64,000 nt of DNA from Candidatus Kaiserbacteria bacterium (GTDB taxonomy: Bacteria; Patescibacteriota; Minisyncoccia; Phycocordibacterales; Phycocordibacteraceae). Location of the stretch: assembly GCA_016182485.1 (NCBI GenBank), contig JACPGH010000006.1:26461-90460 (forward strand). Reading direction: 5' to 3'. How positions within the stretch are numbered: position 1 is the first letter of the stretch; every line of letters begins with the position of its first letter. Under the pieces are notes generated by a model. The model saw only the letters and a program-made list of their open reading frames with translations. It searched no databases and had not been told where the DNA came from. The position numbers and the translations under genes are program-made. Shown here piece after piece: positions 58,056 to 64,000 of the stretch.

Positions 58056-58808
58056 TCAAATCTGCAGGGCCATCGCCCATTTATCCTTTCCTTCCCAAGC
58101 GTCCCACATCTTTTCGTATCCCTTTTCCCGAAAAAACGCCTCGGATTCTTTCAACAATTTCTGCTGAACTTTCAGATCCGCAGTCTGTAAAATCTGAAGC
58201 AGCGTGTGAACAATATCGTCTGGTTCCCAAGGCATTTCTATAGGGTATTTTTCGAACTCCTTTCGAATATAGCCATAGTAAGGTCTAGGGCGCCCATGTA
58301 CGCCAAATAGCGCATCCAAGAAGTACGGTATCGATGAAGCTGCTTCAAAATGAGCTCCTTCGGGATTATTATTCCGCCATGCTTTCACAGATCGGAATAC
58401 CGCATTCACGTATCCGTCCAAGGAGCGGTAGACGAAGTCATACTGCTGTTCTCTTGGAATTTGGCCTCTTTGTTCGACTATCTTTCGTACTTCGCCTGTT
58501 CGATCGACCAGAATATTACAGTGAGCGTAATCATACCGATCTTCCGGCTCTCCCAAGCTTCCCCACCAAGTAGGTGCTCTGAATTCGGAGAGGCTGCATA
58601 CGGGCAAATCTAATCCGCTAATCGGCACATCGTACCGTTTCTTATATTCATCAGAGGCATCGTCTGCCACGATAAGTAGAGCATCGTAATCTGAGAATTC
58701 ATTTTCAAATCCTTTGCCTCGCGAACCCTGCAAAATAAGACCGACGACATTCGGATCCTCTTTTACGTCCGCGAATAAGCGCTGAAATGAATCTTGAGGG
58801 GCAGACAT
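58056..58808 (-). CDS. Nucleotidyltransferase (pol-beta superfamily) with helical C-terminal domain
   Basis: LQGSRGKG....SDYD motif. Confidence 0.78.
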   Translation of the reverse strand: MSAPQDSFQRLFADVKEDPNVVGLILQGSRGKGFENEFSDYDALLIVADDASDEYKKRYDVPISGLDLPVCSLSEFRAPTWWGSLGEPEDRYDYAHCNILVDRTGEVRKIVEQRGQIPREQQYDFVYRSLDGYVNAVFRSVKAWRNNNPEGAHFEAASSIPYFLDALFGVHGRPRPYYGYIRKEFEKYPIEMPWEPDDIVHTLLQILQTADLKVQQKLLKESEAFFREKGYEKMWDAWEGKDKWAMALQI

Positions 58809-58820
58809 ATAAGCAGTATA

Positions 58821-60230
58821 TCAGCGGCGCGGGGCCCGGGTTGATGAGACCCGTAAGTTTCGAGATCTAGCCCTGCGATGCCGCGAGAGCGAAAAGCGAT
58901 GCGCTTCGGCGTTCGCGAGGACGGCGTCTGCTTCGGAAATACCCGCGCGAAGTGCTCCGAGCACTTCGCGCGGGCGGTGCCGCTCGTCCTTCACCACGGC
59001 GACTACCGGGATGTGGAGCCGCCGCTCGGAGATGATGGATTCCCCCGCCTTCTTCTGCGTCCGCCCCCCGTCCACCACAATGGCATGTGGAAACGGCCAT
59101 TCCGGATGATTCAATCGCCGCGACAAGATTTCCTTGAGCGACGCGATATCATTATTTATTTTTCTCATTTTTTTCGACGCCGCCTGTGGTGAGCTTGTCG
59201 AACCACGGATGCGGAAAGTCCGATATTCACTTTTCACAGGCCGGCCGTCCACGAGAACGGCCATAACCCCGATCGCGTTCGTTCCCGAGATATGCGCGGT
59301 ATCGTACGCCTCGATCCGCTGACCTTTTGCGAACAATCCTTCCTTCTTGTGATACGTGTTTTCGTCTTTGATAAGCGAGACATCTTGGATATGATCGAGC
59401 GCGAACAGCTCACGGCGCCGCTGCGCGGCCACTTCAAACTGCTCCGCGTTTGCCGCTTCTCTCATCTCCCGCTCCAGCACACGGCGAAGCTCCTTTCCCC
59501 GGCCGCTTAAGTACATCGCCACGTGCGTAAGCGTTTTGCGATAGTTCTTAAGTAGTACCTTATCGTGGCCTATAGGCGATACTAAGGTGCTCTTTACATT
59601 GAGCGGATAGTGGCCGATTTGCGTGTTGAATTCAATGTTTGCGCGCTGATGCTTGCTGTTCGTTGCAACAGGCTTACGCGTGTCAAAAAACGGGAAGATG
59701 CGCTGTATGAGCCGCAGGCCCTCGCGTAATTGCGCGCCGGAGGGAAACGGTCCGAATACCGCCTTGATCCGCGTACCTTCCGGTGTTTTCTTCCACAATG
59801 ATTTCACAAGGTTCGACCTTGTAGAAACGCCTTCAGTTTCTTTGCCGACAGTATTGGCCTCATCGAGCTCGGTTCTGCGGAAAGAGAGCACGCGCGGAAT
59901 ATCCTCTTTCGTTATTACCGCGTAGAGGAAGGACCGGTCATCCATTCCCATAGAATTCGCCGGCGGATCATATTTCCGGATGAGAGCCGCTTCCCGCACG
60001 AGAGCTTCAAGGACGGTCGGAGTGGCCTCATGGGCAACGCGGTCAGCTACGGTAACCATATCCACGAGACGAGGGCCGCGGGTCGCAATGAGGTCGTCAT
60101 CGAAGTAGGAGCGCACGCGGTCCCGAAGCGAAGTCGCCTTCGCCACATGCAAAACTTTTCTCCCCCGTTTGAAGAGGTAGACGCCCGGCAGGTCCGGCAA
60201 ATCAAATTTAGCCAAATCTTTTTTATCCAT
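58821..60230 (-). CDS. uvrC: Excinuclease ABC subunit C (short form)
   Basis: LPDLPGVY, LRDRVRSYF, UVR motif, RIEAYDTAHISG, VDGG and EAHRFS. Confidence 0.88.
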   Translation of the reverse strand: MDKKDLAKFDLPDLPGVYLFKRGRKVLHVAKATSLRDRVRSYFDDDLIATRGPRLVDMVTVADRVAHEATPTVLEALVREAALIRKYDPPANSMGMDDRSFLYAVITKEDIPRVLSFRRTELDEANTVGKETEGVSTRSNLVKSLWKKTPEGTRIKAVFGPFPSGAQLREGLRLIQRIFPFFDTRKPVATNSKHQRANIEFNTQIGHYPLNVKSTLVSPIGHDKVLLKNYRKTLTHVAMYLSGRGKELRRVLEREMREAANAEQFEVAAQRRRELFALDHIQDVSLIKDENTYHKKEGLFAKGQRIEAYDTAHISGTNAIGVMAVLVDGRPVKSEYRTFRIRGSTSSPQAASKKMRKINNDIASLKEILSRRLNHPEWPFPHAIVVDGGRTQKKAGESIISERRLHIPVVAVVKDERHRPREVLGALRAGISEADAVLANAEAHRFSLSRHRRARSRNLRVSSTRAPRR

Positions 60231-62952
60231 GTATTTTCTGTCTACTGCCTACTGCTTTCTGCTTTCTGTGCGATAGCACTTTGGCGAGATACCGGCCGGT
60301 GTGCGAGCCTTCCGCACCGACTACTTCCTCTGGCGTACCTTTCGCAATCACCTTTCCTCCCCCGAGACCTCCTTCGGGGCCGAAATCAATAAGATAATCC
60401 GCGCTCTTCACGATATCGAGGTTATGCTCGATGACGACGACGGTGTTGCCGCGCCGCACGAGCTCCTGGAGGATCTCGAGCAGCTTACCGACGTCCTCAT
60501 AATGCAGGCCCACCGTCGGCTCATCGAGCAGATAGATCGTTTTCATCGGCATTGAGCGATAGAGTTCGCTCGCGATCTTCACGCGCTGAGCTTCCCCGCC
60601 TGATAGTGTCGTCGCGCTCTGGCCGAGCGTGAGATATTCGAGCCCGGTCGAGTTCAAGCTTGCGAGCCGGTCCGAGATCGCTGGGATATCTGCGAAGAAT
60701 TTTTCCGCTTCCTCGACAGTCATCTCGAGCACTTCGTGAATATTTTTGCCGCGATAGGTTATCTCGAGCGTTTCTTTCATAAAGCGCTTGCCTTCGCAGA
60801 CGTCACAGGTGACATATACCGTCGGGAGAAAATGCATCTCCACCGCGATCGAACCATTCCCTTGGCAGGCTTCGCACCGGCCGCCCGGCACATTGAACGA
60901 GAAGCGGCCGGGCTTCCAGCCGCGCGCCCGTGCCTCCGGAGTAGCTGCGAAGAGATCGCGGATCGGCGTGAACGCGCCGGTATACGTCGCCGGGTTGCTG
61001 CGCGGCGTGCGGCCGATCGGAGATTGATCAATAAGCACGGCGCGGCCGAGATATTCCGTGCCGGCGAGCGAGGCGACGTGCTCGAGCTTTACGTCGCGGC
61101 GCGCGAAGCGCGCCGCGACGTTCCTGTGCAGGATGTCGTACAAATACGTCGACTTCCCGCTCCCCGAGACGCCTGTAATACAGACTAACTTGCCGAGAGG
61201 AATGTCAATATTTTGGTTCACAAGATTGTGCAAAGTCGCGCCGCGTATTTTTAGCCAGCCGCGTTCTGCAGTGCGCCTCGATAGAGGCACGGCGATTTCT
61301 TTTTCTTGCCGTAAATAAGAGAGCGTGAGCGAACCGGTCTCCTCCCCCGTGGGCGCGCTTTTCGCGAGCAGGTCGTCCAGCCAGCCGGCAGCTACAATAT
61401 GACCCCCGTGAATACCGGCGCCTGGACCCACGTCCACAAGATAATCGGATGCATGGATAGTTTCTTCGTCGTGTTCAACAACAAGGATAGTGTTCCCCAA
61501 TTCCTTAAGCGTGAGGAGCGTCCGTATCAGGCGCTCGTTGTCTCGCTGATGCAGACCGATCGTCGGCTCGTCAAGCACGTAGAGCGCTCCGGTAAGCCCG
61601 CTGCCGAGCTGTGAAGCGAGACGGATACGTTGCGCCTCGCCGCCCGAGAGCGTCGCCGCCGAACGGTCGAGCGTGAGGTAGTCGAGTCCGACATTCAGCA
61701 TGAATGTGAGCCGGCTCTCGATCTCTTTCAGGATAGGCGCCGCGATATCGAATTTCATTTCAGAGAGTTCGATTTCCTCCACAAACTCTTTAGCTTCCGC
61801 AATAGACATGTTCGTAAAGTCCACGATATTGGCTCCCAGATTTGAGTTCTGAGTTTTTAGTTTTGAGGCTTGTTTCGAGTTTCGTGCTTCGGATTTCGTG
61901 CTTTTTAGATAAACCCGCAAAGCCTCCGGCCGCAGCCGCTTCCCCTCGCACACCGGGCATATTTCTTCGGAGAAAAGCGATTCCGTGCCGAGGCCGTGGC
62001 AGGCCGGACAGGCGCCATAGGGAGAATTGAATGAGAACAACCGCGGTTCGACCTCCGGGAAAGGCGCGCCATCCTCGGGACATATGAATTTGGATGAGAG
62101 TGTCTCGAGCGTGCCATCGGCGTGACCGATCTTCACTAAGCCGTCGGTCTCTTTAAGCGCGAGTTCGAGTGCCTCGGAGAGCCGTTCGCGCGCCGCCGCT
62201 GTCGAGCGGGCGAATTCCGTCACGAATATCGAGTCAACGACCGCATCAACCGAATGCCGTTTATTGCGATCCAGCACAATTTTTTCACGCAGAGAATGCG
62301 GCTTCCCGTCAATGATGACTTTTTCGAATCCCTTGCCCAGCAAATCGTAGAGCAGCTGATAGTACTCGCCCTTGCGCCCCACGACGACCGGCGCGTAGAT
62401 GGTAACAGCGCTTCGGTCGACAGAAACGCCCATGACGCTGGTTGTGGTTGTTTTTCGTTTAGCTTCCACGCGCGCAAACACCATCTTTATCATTTCTTCT
62501 TTGGAAAGGCGCACGATGGGCACGTCGTGGTGCACACAATACGGCTGGCCGGCCCGCGCATAAAGCACGCGCAGATAATCGTAGATCTCGGTAACGGTGG
62601 CGACCGTCGAACGCGGGTTGTTCGACCGGCTTTTTTGGGCGATGGAGATGGCTGGCGAGAGACCGGAGATCTCGTCGACGTCCGGCTTCGCCATCTGGTT
62701 CAAGAATTGCCGCGCATAGGCCGAAAGCGATTCGACATAGCGCCGCTGGCCTTCCGCGAAGATGGTGTCGAAGGCGAGCGAGGACTTCCCGCTCCCCGAG
62801 AGGCCGGTGATGACCGTCATCGCTCCGCGCGGCATCTTGACCGAAATGTTCTTTAAATTATGCGTGCGGGCGCCTTTGACAGACAACCAATCAGACCCGT
62901 GCCGGTGCGCATGGTCCCCTTGTTCAGCCTTCTTTTTTTTCTTTTCCGGCAT
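60223..62952 (-). CDS. uvrA: Excinuclease ABC subunit A
   Basis: [26 protein letters not shown] twice and [11 protein letters not shown]. Confidence 0.98.
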   Translation of the reverse strand: MPEKKKKKAEQGDHAHRHGSDWLSVKGARTHNLKNISVKMPRGAMTVITGLSGSGKSSLAFDTIFAEGQRRYVESLSAYARQFLNQMAKPDVDEISGLSPAISIAQKSRSNNPRSTVATVTEIYDYLRVLYARAGQPYCVHHDVPIVRLSKEEMIKMVFARVEAKRKTTTTSVMGVSVDRSAVTIYAPVVVGRKGEYYQLLYDLLGKGFEKVIIDGKPHSLREKIVLDRNKRHSVDAVVDSIFVTEFARSTAAARERLSEALELALKETDGLVKIGHADGTLETLSSKFICPEDGAPFPEVEPRLFSFNSPYGACPACHGLGTESLFSEEICPVCEGKRLRPEALRVYLKSTKSEARNSKQASKLKTQNSNLGANIVDFTNMSIAEAKEFVEEIELSEMKFDIAAPILKEIESRLTFMLNVGLDYLTLDRSAATLSGGEAQRIRLASQLGSGLTGALYVLDEPTIGLHQRDNERLIRTLLTLKELGNTILVVEHDEETIHASDYLVDVGPGAGIHGGHIVAAGWLDDLLAKSAPTGEETGSLTLSYLRQEKEIAVPLSRRTAERGWLKIRGATLHNLVNQNIDIPLGKLVCITGVSGSGKSTYLYDILHRNVAARFARRDVKLEHVASLAGTEYLGRAVLIDQSPIGRTPRSNPATYTGAFTPIRDLFAATPEARARGWKPGRFSFNVPGGRCEACQGNGSIAVEMHFLPTVYVTCDVCEGKRFMKETLEITYRGKNIHEVLEMTVEEAEKFFADIPAISDRLASLNSTGLEYLTLGQSATTLSGGEAQRVKIASELYRSMPMKTIYLLDEPTVGLHYEDVGKLLEILQELVRRGNTVVVIEHNLDIVKSADYLIDFGPEGGLGGGKVIAKGTPEEVVGAEGSHTGRYLAKVLSHRKQKAVGSRQKIHG

Positions 62953-63056
62953 TGCCAATTCCTGCCCGTGGCGGGGCAGGTACAGCATGCACTGTACCAT
63001 AGATGATTCTTGTTATATAATCGCCGCAGATCCAGAACACTCCAAGGGAGGCCGAC

Positions 63057-63482
63057 ATGACTGTGCAAGAGGCAATGAAAAGGCTTCGCGAACTGGACTC
63101 ACAGATCAGGAAGTTCTATGCGCGCAGAAGTCCGGGCGAACTTCCTGTCAACCGGTGCCTCCGGGCTCTGACAGAGGCGGAATGGCGGGAAATCGTCGCT
63201 CTCATCGAAGAACACGAGTTCCCGTGCTTCGTGATGCATGCGCCCTACGGATTCATCTTCTCGGTTCACGAGGTTGGTGCCGTACAGGGCGCTGTGACGC
63301 CGTTCCTGCTCGCTGTGGAGGACAGCCAGTTCCCCTTCTCCTCTGCGCGACGAGGGTTCGAGGGCCAGGCGGCGACCCTGCACGCGCTCGAGCCGCTCAT
63401 CTATGGGCGGAGGAACGTCGAGATTCTCAGATGGCACGGTTTCGACGAGCTCCAGCCGGACATCACCTCGTACACGTACTGA
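63057..63482 (+). CDS. Hypothetical protein
   Basis: TATAAT box and GGGAGG SD upstream; 141 aa. Confidence 0.6.
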   Translation: MTVQEAMKRLRELDSQIRKFYARRSPGELPVNRCLRALTEAEWREIVALIEEHEFPCFVMHAPYGFIFSVHEVGAVQGAVTPFLLAVEDSQFPFSSARRGFEGQAATLHALEPLIYGRRNVEILRWHGFDELQPDITSYTY

Positions 63483-63591
63483 TCATGCTTCGGAAGCTCT
63501 GCCGGCTGTTCGAGTGGTCGCGCTTCGTGCTCATTCTCGCGATCATGCTCTACGAGGTGGTCACGCTGCCACGCAAAGCTTGATGCGCCAC

Positions 63592-63622
63592 ACAGCGCGG
63601 GGACTCCTGTCCCCGCGCTGTT
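63592..63622 (+). repeat. 31-nt hairpin, identical to 63970-64000
   Basis: acagcgcggggactcctgtccccgcgctgtt. Confidence 0.9.
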
Positions 63623-63725
63623 CTCATTCCTATCCATAGCCGCCAACCCGCGCAAAGCCAAGCATTGCAGAATATTGCAGACACACGTCCTTTCATTTAT
63701 TCTTCACACGGAAAGGAGGGCTTAC

Positions 63726-63950
63726 ATGGCAAGCAGACGGTGTTTGCGTCGCCGAAGTTGTACAAAGAAGCGTCTGTTCGTCGACAAGAGCGAGGCACAC
63801 GAGCATGCCCGAAGCTTGAACCGGAGATTCGGGTTCGAGTCTGACTCGGCGTGGCATGCATACCGGTGCCGATTCGGTCGTCATCACTGGCACGTCGGCC
63901 GAATGACGCGCGAGCAACGCCATGCAATGGAGGCGCGTAGGCAGTACTGA
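63726..63950 (+). CDS. Small basic Cys/His protein (possible zinc finger)
   Basis: AAAGGAGG SD; C..K..F...EA and AYRCRFGRHHWHVG. Confidence 0.65.
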   Translation: MASRRCLRRRSCTKKRLFVDKSEAHEHARSLNRRFGFESDSAWHAYRCRFGRHHWHVGRMTREQRHAMEARRQY

Positions 63951-63969
63951 TGAGAATGCGCAGCTCCTA

Positions 63970-64000
63970 ACAGCGCGGGGACTCCTGTCCCCGCGCTGTT
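63970..64000 (+). repeat. 31-nt hairpin, identical to 63592-63622
   Basis: Exact repeat following a small ORF. Confidence 0.9.

Noticed and set aside
1-64000. CRISPR array
   Set aside because: No run of three or more equal repeats with unique spacers of constant length; the repeats seen are dispersed palindromes or pairs.
1-64000. Alternative genetic code (UGA=Gly, code 25)
   Set aside because: Conserved genes are full length in code 11, and several (pyrD, dnaJ, ychF, ddl) end at TGA.

Overview
This 64-kb window looks like chromosome from a Patescibacteria/CPR (Parcubacteria-like) bacterium, inferred from gene content, streamlined proteins and leaderless-type starts; it uses the standard code 11. 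The core genes are mostly on the minus strand: trpS (partial), pyrD, tyrS with tRNA-Tyr, grpE-dnaK-dnaJ, infA-rpmJ-rpsM-rpsK-rpsD-rpoA-rplQ-rplM-rpsI, alaS, pepF, ung, mnmA, mltG, leuS, ychF, ddl, uvrC and uvrA. It also holds a cellulose-synthase-like polysaccharide locus (GT-C, GT2-GtrA, GH8, BcsA-like GT2, PMT-like, GH6), a five-tRNA cluster and scattered orphan genes. The most striking signal is at 54912-55446. There a complete, correctly pairing tRNA-Ala(UGC) is split into four pieces by three related TCCCGA...TCGG(G/A)A double-hairpin insertions in its D, anticodon and T loops. The anticodon insertion carries a second intact tRNA-Ala(UGC) in one hairpin loop and a GIY-YIG nuclease gene in the other. 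Other notable signals are many short palindromic elements inserted in frame in housekeeping genes, a candidate sRNA showing an anti-Shine-Dalgarno loop, a duplicate of the rpsI 3' end with only synonymous changes, a tRNA-Pro with a 9-nt anticodon loop and a frameshifted rplQ. All calls were made by eye, without database searches.
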